From positions 38,195-102,194 of the forward strand of contig JABDFA010000001.1 in assembly GCA_013286795.1 (NCBI GenBank): a stretch of DNA of 64,000 nucleotides. The letters run 5' to 3'. Below the pieces are notes generated by a model. The model did no database searches, was not told the DNA's origin, and saw only the letters and a list, made by a program, of their open reading frames with translations. Shown piece after piece: positions 37,179 to 45,789 of this stretch; the stretch's first letter is position 1; every line of letters begins with the position of its first letter. Position numbers and translations under genes: made by a program. The DNA comes from Candidatus Babelota bacterium (GTDB taxonomy: Bacteria > Babelota > Babeliae > Babelales > JABDEC01).

Positions 37179-37945
37179 CTTTTTCTAAATTGATATTGAT
37201 TTCGGTTGTTTTTACAGCAAATGCAATTTGCGCTGATGAGGATTTAAATAAAAAATTGGATAGTTTTGCAGGAGTGGCATGTTCGCCAAAAGAAACTGTT
37301 TATAATACTTATAATTTATCTTTAAGATGTATACAAAATAATATACCGGGCGATTTTGTAGAATGCGGTGTAGCTGCTGGCGCGCAAATTGCAGCAATGG
37401 GTTATGCTTGCCAAAAATTGGATTCAAACAGAAAAATACTATTGTTTGATTCGTTTGAAGGTATCCCTTTGGCTGGTCCAAATGATACCCAGCAACCTGG
37501 AGTTGGATATTTGGGGCATAATACAAATGTTAAACATATAGAAGATTTACTAGTAAGTAGTAGAACAGTGTATCCTAATCATGACGTATCTGACCATTCT
37601 GTTGAGAAAGTTAAAAATAATATGAAGCGTTTTGGGATTCAGGAGCATCGCTTAGTTTATTATAAAGGGTGGTTCCAGCATGTTTTGCCTATTGTAGCTC
37701 CAATGATGGGAAATATAAGTTTGCTTAGATTAGATGGAGATTTGTATGAATCTACAAAAGTTTGTCTTGAATATCTTTATCCTAAAGTTAGTAAAGGTGG
37801 TTATATAATTATTGATGATTATAACTTAGAAGGATGCAAAAAAGCTGTAGATGAATATTTGAAGGCACATAATATTTTTCCTAAAATGACTTTGATTTGT
37901 TCAATTTTAGGTGGATTAGGTCCAATCTATTGGCAGGTTGAATAG
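37175..37945 (+). CDS. TylF/MycF-family O-methyltransferase with leader
   Basis: The start is GTG, 8 nt after AAGGAG. 'DFVECGVAAGA', 'LFDSFEGIP' and 'LLRLDGDLYESTKVCLEYLYPKVSKGGYIIIDDY' are present. Confidence 0.8.
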   Translation: MTFSKLILISVVFTANAICADEDLNKKLDSFAGVACSPKETVYNTYNLSLRCIQNNIPGDFVECGVAAGAQIAAMGYACQKLDSNRKILLFDSFEGIPLAGPNDTQQPGVGYLGHNTNVKHIEDLLVSSRTVYPNHDVSDHSVEKVKNNMKRFGIQEHRLVYYKGWFQHVLPIVAPMMGNISLLRLDGDLYESTKVCLEYLYPKVSKGGYIIIDDYNLEGCKKAVDEYLKAHNIFPKMTLICSILGGLGPIYWQVE

Positions 37946-37946
37946 T

Positions 37947-38873
37947 ATGAATCAATTCAAGATATATATTTTTTTATTTTTAAATTTAAATTCATATTTA
38001 GTTTTTTGTAATGAGGAAAATATAACTGATCTTTATTTTTGTACAGGAGCAGACTCAAAATATTATAATAATCTTTTGAATTTAATTGGAAGTATTCATA
38101 AAACTAATTTTGATAATTTAAAAGAAATCGCTGTATATAATCTTGGTTTATCAAATATTGAGCTTGAAAATTTAAATAAAATTCAAAAAGTAAAAACTTA
38201 CGAAATTGAATTAACTCATCCGGATCTTCTAAAGCAATTTAAAATGAATAATGAAGGCAAAGAAGTACCTGGTTGGTATGCTTGGAAACCTGTTGCTATA
38301 AAACAATCGCTAGAAATATTCCCCTATGTTTTGTGGATTGATGCAGGCATGGCAGTGTTAAAACCCTTAGATAATCTTTTTAGATACATAAAAAAAAATA
38401 AATATTTTTTATGTAATTTAGCTTCAAGAAATGTGGATAGGCAAACTACAAAATATTTAAAAGATAAATTTAAATTAAATATGCCTGAAAATGGCTGGAT
38501 ATTGGGCCAGATGCCAGTGGTAGGATTTATTATGGGAGGCTCAAGAGAAGCGATTGATATATTATTTGGACCCTTTTATGAATTTACAAAAGATCTAAGA
38601 AATTTTGAAGATGATGGGTCTGCACCGGAAGGTTTTGGTAATGGAAGACATGATCAAGCTTTGCTATCTATATTTGCATATTTAAATAATTTAAAAGTGA
38701 ATTTTATTGATTATTACAATAGTTCACCAATTATGTTAGATGACTATGCATTCTATTTAAGTATAGACAAAATCTATTTTCATCAAAATACTGATGTTTA
38801 TTACCTTGCTAGATTTGATGAAAATCACAATAAGTATGCCGCTTTTATTAAGTATAGAGATAAGAGTGAATAA
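37947..38873 (+). CDS. Leader-bearing GT-A-like transferase, 'YFCTA' family, copy 3
   Basis: 'LYFCTGADSKYYNNLLNLIGSIHKTNFDNLKEIAVYNLG', 'PGWYAWKPVAIKQSLEIFP' and 'DDGSAPEGFGNGRHDQALLS' are present. The ATG at 37947 is preferred over the listed TTG at 37938. Confidence 0.6.
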   Translation: MNQFKIYIFLFLNLNSYLVFCNEENITDLYFCTGADSKYYNNLLNLIGSIHKTNFDNLKEIAVYNLGLSNIELENLNKIQKVKTYEIELTHPDLLKQFKMNNEGKEVPGWYAWKPVAIKQSLEIFPYVLWIDAGMAVLKPLDNLFRYIKKNKYFLCNLASRNVDRQTTKYLKDKFKLNMPENGWILGQMPVVGFIMGGSREAIDILFGPFYEFTKDLRNFEDDGSAPEGFGNGRHDQALLSIFAYLNNLKVNFIDYYNSSPIMLDDYAFYLSIDKIYFHQNTDVYYLARFDENHNKYAAFIKYRDKSE

Positions 38874-39606
38874 ATTAATAAAATATTTCCTATGTCTTTT
38901 TGGATGTGTGCCAGTTTTTTCAGTTGAGTACGGAAATAGGAATCTTTCTAGTACTAAAGTTGTTATAGATTTAGTTAAACCATTTTTGCCCGATAATCCT
39001 ACAATTGTAGAAGCGGGAGCTTATGACGCAGATGACTCTATATTATTGGCTTCTGGCTGGCCCAATGGTTCCATTCATATTTTTGAGCCAGTTCCTGAAC
39101 TGTATGAAAAAATTATCAAAAAGATAACAGTTTATAAAAATATATATTCTTATAATTTAGCGTTGAGTGATAGTAATGGTGTTTCAAAGTTTTATATTTC
39201 TGAAAATATAAATGATCCTGGTCAGCCTACAGCTTCTAGTTCTTTATTGGAACCCAAAGAGCATTTGAATTATGTGCCTTATATTTTATTTAAAAAAGAA
39301 ATTTCGGTTCCTACTATAACATTAGATTCATGGGCAAAAAAGAATGGTATAAAGAATGTTGATTTTCTTTGGTTGGATATTCAAGGATATGAGTTTAAAG
39401 TTTTAAAATCTTCTGGCTGGATTTTAAAAACAGTGAAAGCATTTGTAATAGAAGTAGAATTTGTTGAAGCTTATAAAAATCAAGCCTTATTTTACGAAAT
39501 TCACTCTTGGGCCAAAGATCAAGGTTTTACCCTAGTTTCACGTAATTTTGAATTTAATTGGTGGTGCGGTGATGCTTTGTATGTCAGAAAAGAACTATTG
39601 AGCTAA
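38866..39606 (+). CDS. FkbM-family methyltransferase with leader
   Basis: 'IVEAGAYDADDS', 'IHIFEPVPELYEKI', 'YNLALSDSNGVSKFY' and 'LWLDIQGYEFKVLKS' are present. The listed start at 38794 lies inside the upstream gene. GTG 38866 (GTGAATAA overlap) gives the leader VNKLIKYFLCLFGCVPVFS. ATG 38836 is an alternative start. Confidence 0.7.
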   Translation: MNKLIKYFLCLFGCVPVFSVEYGNRNLSSTKVVIDLVKPFLPDNPTIVEAGAYDADDSILLASGWPNGSIHIFEPVPELYEKIIKKITVYKNIYSYNLALSDSNGVSKFYISENINDPGQPTASSSLLEPKEHLNYVPYILFKKEISVPTITLDSWAKKNGIKNVDFLWLDIQGYEFKVLKSSGWILKTVKAFVIEVEFVEAYKNQALFYEIHSWAKDQGFTLVSRNFEFNWWCGDALYVRKELLS

Positions 39607-39721
39607 AAAAGCCCTGATTAAACAGCTATTTTATACTAAAATTAATCTAAATGTTGCAAATATGAATAATTTTTCATTATACTCGTATTAAGTAATATAT
39701 TTATTAAAAATGGAGATTATT

Positions 39722-41209
39722 ATGAATAGAATTTTTAGTTCTCTTTTATTTATTAGTATTTTGGCGTCTAATTCAAGTTTAATTTATTCTTCACAGCAAG
39801 ACGTTGATTATCTTAAAGGTCTTGTGAAATATCAGGGTGATTTTCCAGGATTATCTAAATTAACCTTAAATAATGCTAAGGAGCAACTGAAGGATATTGG
39901 AGTTATAAAAAATCAATCTTTGCGTAACGGAGAAAATATCTTAGAAAACGTTGTAGGTTTAAAAGATTATCAATCAGCAACTCCAGTAGGAAATTTAAAA
40001 CAAATACAAGGAGACTTAAGAGCTGTGAAGGCATTAATTAATCTTGGTGTTGATATTAACATTAGGGATCAAAACTTGACTACTCCATTGATGATGGCTG
40101 CTTTTACTGGTCAAGATGGTATAGTTGAATATTTATTATCCAAAGGCGCTGATAAGAGTTTGCAAAATAGTGGAGATCATGATTATAAAACAGCTTTAGA
40201 TTACGCTATGGAATCTCAAGAAAAATACAAAGATGATCCAGTAATTTCAGCAAAATTACAAAAAATAGTTCGAATGTTATTATCTGACTCTAAACCAGAT
40301 ATGAGTGAGACAAAAAGAGGGGCTGAGTTTGTTTCAACACCTACTGAATCTGAAAATCAATTACAAGCTATTCAGCAAAATTTAAAGAAATTAAACGCTG
40401 ACGCTAAAATATTATTAGAAAAACCAAAAGGTCCTTTTAACAAGGCAACTATAAATAATTTATTAAGTAATATAAATAACTTAGATCTTAGAATAAGATC
40501 AGGAAAAACTGACACCACATCTGTAAAGAATTATACAGATGAGCTCAATAGATTAATCGATAGTTATAACAGTCTAAATCTATCCATTAATGGTCCAAGT
40601 ACACCTTCTTCAACTGTAGCTACAAATCAAAATGATATCAAAAGAGGAGTTGAATTTGTCTCAACGCCTACACCATCTTCAGAAACCCAAGGTAATCTAA
40701 GAGATCAATTACGTGATTTAAGAGACAATGATTTATTAACATATTTACAACCAAAAGTATTAGGTTTAAAAGAAAAACTAAGGGGAGAGAAAAAAGGTTT
40801 TGATGCCGTCATCGATCTATTATCTAAAATAGACAGATTAGAAACTTTTATAACTTATAGATTAACCTCAAGAATTCCTTTGATCAGTATAGATACTCAA
40901 AAATTAGCAATTTCAGAATTAAATGCGGATTATAATGATTTATTGTTTACATATACTGGAGAAGGTAATGATCCAATCTTGAATAAATTGAATCTTTTGA
41001 AATCTATAGCAGATAATTTGAAAAGTAGACCAAAATATACAGAATTCAAAACACAAGTTGATCAATTCAGTGATGCGGTAGATAAACTATTAAGTAATGC
41101 TAAGAACATGAAAAGAAATGAATTAGAAGGTAAGATAGGTAGTTTAGAAGTGGCACAATGGCATCTATATGAGCTTTTTGGCAAGGAATTTGAAACTGCT
41201 TCTAAATAA
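39722..41209 (+). CDS. Secreted ankyrin protein with two ~110-aa repeats carrying S/T/P-rich patches
   Basis: GGAG lies 6 nt before ATG 39722. ANK repeats include 'TPLMMAAFTGQDGIVEYLLSKGADK'. The duplicated segments start 'KRGAEFVSTPTESEN' and 'KRGVEFVSTPTPSSET', and 'GPSTPSSTVATNQ' is also present. Confidence 0.75.
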   Translation: MNRIFSSLLFISILASNSSLIYSSQQDVDYLKGLVKYQGDFPGLSKLTLNNAKEQLKDIGVIKNQSLRNGENILENVVGLKDYQSATPVGNLKQIQGDLRAVKALINLGVDINIRDQNLTTPLMMAAFTGQDGIVEYLLSKGADKSLQNSGDHDYKTALDYAMESQEKYKDDPVISAKLQKIVRMLLSDSKPDMSETKRGAEFVSTPTESENQLQAIQQNLKKLNADAKILLEKPKGPFNKATINNLLSNINNLDLRIRSGKTDTTSVKNYTDELNRLIDSYNSLNLSINGPSTPSSTVATNQNDIKRGVEFVSTPTPSSETQGNLRDQLRDLRDNDLLTYLQPKVLGLKEKLRGEKKGFDAVIDLLSKIDRLETFITYRLTSRIPLISIDTQKLAISELNADYNDLLFTYTGEGNDPILNKLNLLKSIADNLKSRPKYTEFKTQVDQFSDAVDKLLSNAKNMKRNELEGKIGSLEVAQWHLYELFGKEFETASK

Positions 41210-41223
41210 CTTTTTGGTAACTA

Positions 41224-42189
41224 CTATCTTTCTATAAATTGTGGAACATATTCCATATGGGGAGAGTTGTTGTTGATCTTATAAAATTGGCTAATGTCAA
41301 TTTTTAAACCAGATTTAAACTTTGTTAAAAGTTCTTGGTTAGAATATAATCCCATATTGCGGTTAGTAGATTGAGAATAACATAGGTTAAGTGGAATATT
41401 TAAAATCTTAGATTCTGCAAAAAATAAACCCTTTTTATTGTAATCAGATAAGTGATGCCAATAATATTCAAAAGTAGTTGGATTAACCATATTTATTGTT
41501 AATAAATCATTTTTAATATCTTCTTTTTTGTATATTGTCATATCGACAGTATTGGGGTATCTCCAATCTCCACAACTATTATTAAAAGTATACATGCAAA
41601 TATTATTATCAACCAAATTATATTCTGGAAGAGGAGTTGGGTTAATAAACATCATGTATGATTCTTTAATATTAAGTCCAAGTCGCAAATAAAATCCATA
41701 AGCATTAGTTAGTTTTAAAGCTTGCGTGCACTGTAAAATATCTATTTCATCTTTTACTATAATATCATCAACAGCATAGATTATATATTCTTCAGGTGAA
41801 TTAAAAGTGTATTCAAGAGTTAATATTTTAAAATCTGAATAAGGATCATTCCCCTGTTGATGAAATTTATAATGATTAAATCTTTTTTCGACTTCTTTAT
41901 ACGCATCCAAATAATCATGATCTGCTCTAAAAATTATGTGTGTTTCACCTAAATTTTTTACATACTTTTCTATAGATTCAAGAAGCGCATATAATTGTAA
42001 AGGTCTATTGTATGAAAATATAACTAGATCTGCTTTGTTTCCTGCAAATAAGTTTATAAAAATAGTTGAGAATAATGCTACTAAACATAATAATTTTTTT
42101 TTGGATTCGTATATAAGTCCGTTCGCCCTGAGCGATGTCTGAGCGACGAAGGAGTCGAAGACAGAGTCGAATGGGTTAACTATATTCAT
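41224..42189 (-). CDS. GT-A-like glycosyltransferase (paralog of 23595-24458) whose 5' end and start codon lie inside a GC-rich repeat
   Basis: 'ADLVIFSYNRPLQLYALLESI' and 'IYAVDDIIV' are present. The homology-supported body starts at '..KKKLLCLVALFSTIFINLFA', which has no canonical start of its own. In-frame ATGs occur only in or beyond the repeat (42189, 42375, 42384), so the end coordinate is uncertain. Confidence 0.6.
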   Translation of the reverse strand: MNIVNPFDSVFDSFVAQTSLRANGLIYESKKKLLCLVALFSTIFINLFAGNKADLVIFSYNRPLQLYALLESIEKYVKNLGETHIIFRADHDYLDAYKEVEKRFNHYKFHQQGNDPYSDFKILTLEYTFNSPEEYIIYAVDDIIVKDEIDILQCTQALKLTNAYGFYLRLGLNIKESYMMFINPTPLPEYNLVDNNICMYTFNNSCGDWRYPNTVDMTIYKKEDIKNDLLTINMVNPTTFEYYWHHLSDYNKKGLFFAESKILNIPLNLCYSQSTNRNMGLYSNQELLTKFKSGLKIDISQFYKINNNSPHMEYVPQFIER

Positions 42190-42323
42190 AAATATATTTA
42201 TGAATTCCCAGATATTATTTTTAATGAAACATTTAAAGCATAAATTACTTAAATTTTTTACCCATTCGACTCCCTCATTCGACTCGCGTAAACGCTCGCT
42301 CAGAGATCGCTCAGGGCGAACGG
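42119..42323. repeat. MITE-like GC-rich palindromic element (205 bp)
   Basis: The terminal inverted repeats are CCGTTCGCCCTGAGCGAT (42119-42136) and ATCGCTCAGGGCGAACGG (42306-42323). Imperfectly complementary GC-rich arms of about 60 nt flank an AT-rich centre. It is collinear with the 51149-51311 copy. Confidence 0.8.
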
Positions 42324-42433
42324 GATAAAGACAAGTTAATTTAATTTTTATATTAAAAATATGAGTATAATGCATAGTTATCACGAACGGATTTTAAATT
42401 TATCTTCCAACCAAATTAATTCCCTAACAGCTT

Positions 42434-43708
42434 TTAGGATTTTGCAGGTATTTCTTCACCATTATTTAACTTATTTTTTAGAGCAAGTTCATTTTGTTGT
42501 AATTTTTCCAAATAACACATTAAATTATGATACAAATGTGGAACCGCTGCTTTGATAGCATTCATAGTTGCATCTTTGCCAATGCTATATTCACCAGCAT
42601 GCCAAGCAGATTTGCTTAAAATTTCATGTCTAGTGTAATCATAAATTTGTTTATCAACAAAAAGTACCTCATTTTGAGGGTAAGGCAAATCTTTGGTCAT
42701 CTTTGCAAATAAAAAACAGGTTGGAATATTTTCTGGCCAATAATGTTCAGCAATTCTAATTAGTGGTTCTGCGCGATGTGATCTTAGTTGATAAGCTTTG
42801 AGATAATAATCCATAGCCATTTGCCAAGTAAATTTTTCATCTATTTTGGAAAGCGAATCAGATACTCTTGCAAGTCGATAAAATGTTTCATAATTTTCTT
42901 CATCCCAGCCAGGTTGATGAGAACGAAGTTCATAATATTTATAAGCATTATGCAAATCATTAAGACCTTCAAATGTTTGGGCTAAGTAAAATGTGGTGCG
43001 TGAATTTTCTGGATTTTTATTGTGATCTTTCAATAGTAGTTCTCTATCTCTAACCCAACGTTTTTGTGTAGCTTCTATTCCTCTGCTGGTAGGTTTATAT
43101 TCTAAGTATATATCTTTTGGAAGTCTATCATTACTAGAAATTGGTATTACTTCGTGGACAACTCCCATAAATCTACTATTTGAACCTTTTCTTATAAGTC
43201 TACAGTGGTAAAAATCTGTAGGATAACTGATTACGCGTATTAAATAGGCTTTACGAGTTAAATTATTTGCTTCCTTTTTACAAAAATCTAATAATCCTTC
43301 AACATTATGTGCATACCATTCCGCATCGATCATTAAAATAAATGCTGCATTTGGAAATTTCTCTTCAGCTAAATCAAGAGCTCTATTACGAGATGTTGAA
43401 AAATCAATAAAGGGTTCTTGAGCGATGTGCCCATTCTTTACATTATTTTGGTTAAAATAATCTTTTACTACATTAATTGTGTTATCGGTGGAACCGGTAT
43501 CAAAAATAAAGTAATCTTTTATTCCAGCTTTTATAAATGGTTCTAACGTTGCATTAATAACCTTTTCTTCATTTTTTACCATTAAAGTTACCACTAAAAG
43601 TGGATTGTAAATAACATCATCTAAATTAGGAGGGTATATTGAAAATGCATGAATAAATATTAGATTAGTGATAATAGTGAGTTGTAATAGATTTTTTTTG
43701 GATATCAT
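42434..43708 (-). CDS. GT2 glycosyltransferase with a C-terminal helical-repeat (TPR-like) region and a leader
   Basis: 'LVVTLMVKNEEKVINATLEPFIKAGIKDYFIFDTGSTDNT' and 'MIDAEW' are present. The C-terminal half has the helical repeats 'FYLAQTFEGLNDLHNAYKYYELR' and 'AMDYYLKAYQL'. Confidence 0.7.
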   Translation of the reverse strand: MISKKNLLQLTIITNLIFIHAFSIYPPNLDDVIYNPLLVVTLMVKNEEKVINATLEPFIKAGIKDYFIFDTGSTDNTINVVKDYFNQNNVKNGHIAQEPFIDFSTSRNRALDLAEEKFPNAAFILMIDAEWYAHNVEGLLDFCKKEANNLTRKAYLIRVISYPTDFYHCRLIRKGSNSRFMGVVHEVIPISSNDRLPKDIYLEYKPTSRGIEATQKRWVRDRELLLKDHNKNPENSRTTFYLAQTFEGLNDLHNAYKYYELRSHQPGWDEENYETFYRLARVSDSLSKIDEKFTWQMAMDYYLKAYQLRSHRAEPLIRIAEHYWPENIPTCFLFAKMTKDLPYPQNEVLFVDKQIYDYTRHEILSKSAWHAGEYSIGKDATMNAIKAAVPHLYHNLMCYLEKLQQNELALKNKLNNGEEIPAKS

Positions 43709-43802
43709 TACTCTATTTCCTTAAGTTAGTTTCTATTTTTGTAACTGAGTATTTTCTAACAAATTTTTTTGTTTATATCAATTACAAAATTAACTTAAAA
43801 GA

Positions 43803-45056
43803 TTAAATTAAATATTGGGCAACTATATTTGATAGATCTTTTAAAAGGGAAGTTGAATCAGTAATTTTATCTGTAAATTTTTCTCTTGAAATTTTCTTCA
43901 TTGTCTCTGCATTTTCTAGCAACTTGATCATCTTCTCAAACTCTTTTCCGTTATATTTTCTACTACGGGGGTTGATGGCAAATAATGCAGTTTTATATTT
44001 GTCATCAACTATTTTTTTCTCGCTTATAAATCCATTAGATATATATTGAATTATTTCTAAGACAGTATGTCCATCCACATCCTTAAAACCCAAATCTGCT
44101 CCGTGCCATATTAATAATGAAACTATGTCAATTCTATTATGTAAAGCAGCAAGCATTAAAGGGCTTATTTTAGTAGAGTAATCTGTTCTTTGACAAACAC
44201 CTGGATAATTTATATCAGTACCTTTATCTATTAAGAAATCTAATAATTCGCACGTTTCATCTTTATAATTTGAATCATAAAAATCGATTCTGTGTTGATC
44301 AAATAAAATAGCATTAAAAAAAATAGACCTTTCATCGATTATATCATGTATTATTGACTGATCATGATCTATTATGAGTTTTATAATCTTTGGATCCGTT
44401 TCCCGGTCCAATCCTAGAGTTAGAGAATTATCAAATTGATCGATATATTTTGTGTTGGCTCCTTTTTTTAAAGCAATTTCTACGAGTTCCAAATCATTAT
44501 CTTTAATAGTTTCTAGCAAATAATTATTTAAATTTAACTGATTATGTAAAATAGGTAGAATTTTTTCACGATTATATTTTTTGGCAAATTCTATAGCATC
44601 CATAATTTCTTTTTTATGTTTGCATTTTTTTACAAGTAATTGAGCTAATTTTAGATAATTATTTTGTATAGCAATCATTAGGGGAGTTAGATTCTCTTCT
44701 TGAAAAGTTACATCAGAATCTTTTTTAGAGAAACAAAAAGCTAATTGGGATTTGGTGATTTCTGTATTTGCCCCATTTTCTAGTAAGAATTTGCTCATTT
44801 TTATGTCATTGATTGTAGTAGCCCAAGTTAGACAAGTATGCTCATCTTCATCTTTAGAATTGATGTCAGCTCCATTTATTAGTGCTTCCTGCATAGTTTT
44901 TATATCCCCTTCTTTTGCAGCTAAATGTAATTTTTGATTAGGGCATAACACTACTTTATATGCAGTATTAAGCTTTTGTTTTTTTGCTGGACCTTGTTCC
45001 ATCGAATTAACTTGCACAGAAGATACTGAAATAAAAATTAATAATACTTTTTTCAT
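43803..45056 (-). CDS. Secreted ankyrin-repeat protein with the conserved tail
   Basis: There are multiple ANK repeats ('LHLAAKEGDIKTMQEALINGADIN', 'TCLTWATTINDIKMSKFLLENGAN', 'SPLMLAALHNRIDIVSLLIWHGADL'). The tail is 'LLKDLSNIVAQYLI*'. Confidence 0.85.
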   Translation of the reverse strand: MKKVLLIFISVSSVQVNSMEQGPAKKQKLNTAYKVVLCPNQKLHLAAKEGDIKTMQEALINGADINSKDEDEHTCLTWATTINDIKMSKFLLENGANTEITKSQLAFCFSKKDSDVTFQEENLTPLMIAIQNNYLKLAQLLVKKCKHKKEIMDAIEFAKKYNREKILPILHNQLNLNNYLLETIKDNDLELVEIALKKGANTKYIDQFDNSLTLGLDRETDPKIIKLIIDHDQSIIHDIIDERSIFFNAILFDQHRIDFYDSNYKDETCELLDFLIDKGTDINYPGVCQRTDYSTKISPLMLAALHNRIDIVSLLIWHGADLGFKDVDGHTVLEIIQYISNGFISEKKIVDDKYKTALFAINPRSRKYNGKEFEKMIKLLENAETMKKISREKFTDKITDSTSLLKDLSNIVAQYLI

Positions 45057-45162
45057 TTTTTCCCCTATAATATAATTGGTTTTTAGCTTATATAATTATT
45101 TTAACACACTTGTAAATTATGTCAATCTGAAATTTTGATTATTTAACAGGTATATTTTAAAA

Positions 45163-45789
45163 ATGAATAATACTCTATTACTGGCTTCTACTTCAAAATC
45201 TCGTCAAATTTTATTAAAAGAAGCCGGAATACCATATAAATTAGTTAGCCAATCTGCAGATGAATCAGCATGCGATTGGGGGCAGAATTTGCAGGAAGCA
45301 GTTGAATCTATAGCAAAGCATAAAATGGATCATGTCATTTTACATTCAGGCAAAGAAGGTGAAGTTTGTTATGTTCTTACTGCTGATACAATGGGGGTTA
45401 ATAGAAAAGGTGAAATTTGTGGCAAACCTAAAGACAAAAACGATGCCATTAGAATGATAAAATCTTATCGTTCTGGATCCCAGACTTATACAGCTTTTTG
45501 TTTAGATAAAAAGATATTTAAAAATAATAGTTGGTTAGTAGAAGAGCGAATTATTGAAATTGTAGGCGCTGAATATATTTTTTATATTCCTGATAATTGG
45601 ATTGAAAGATACTTTGAACTTGTTGAGCTGGAAGGTTTAAGTTTTTCCCAGTTTAGTGGTGCTGTTGCCATTGAAGCTTTTGGTGCCCAATTTGTTAAAA
45701 CTATAAACGGTTCATATACTGCTGTTATGGGATTACCTATGTTTGAATTACGTGAAGCTCTTGAAGAAATTGGTTTTTTTAAAAATTAA
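45163..45789 (+). CDS. maf: Maf-family nucleotide pyrophosphatase
   Basis: 'LLLASTSKSRQILLKEAGI', 'LTADTMGV..GEICGKPKDKNDA' and 'GSYTAVMGLP' are present. Confidence 0.8.
   Translation: MNNTLLLASTSKSRQILLKEAGIPYKLVSQSADESACDWGQNLQEAVESIAKHKMDHVILHSGKEGEVCYVLTADTMGVNRKGEICGKPKDKNDAIRMIKSYRSGSQTYTAFCLDKKIFKNNSWLVEERIIEIVGAEYIFYIPDNWIERYFELVELEGLSFSQFSGAVAIEAFGAQFVKTINGSYTAVMGLPMFELREALEEIGFFKN

Noticed and set aside
42190-42555. The full 386-aa version of the GT-A-like ORF (start 42384) and the plus-strand 64-aa ORF at 42361-42555.
   Set aside because: The extra N-terminal residues (..YPVRPERSLSERLRESNEGVEWV..) are repeat-encoded, so I report the shorter form and flag the start as uncertain. 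The 64-aa ORF lies antisense to the 3' end of the 42434-43708 gene and has no support.
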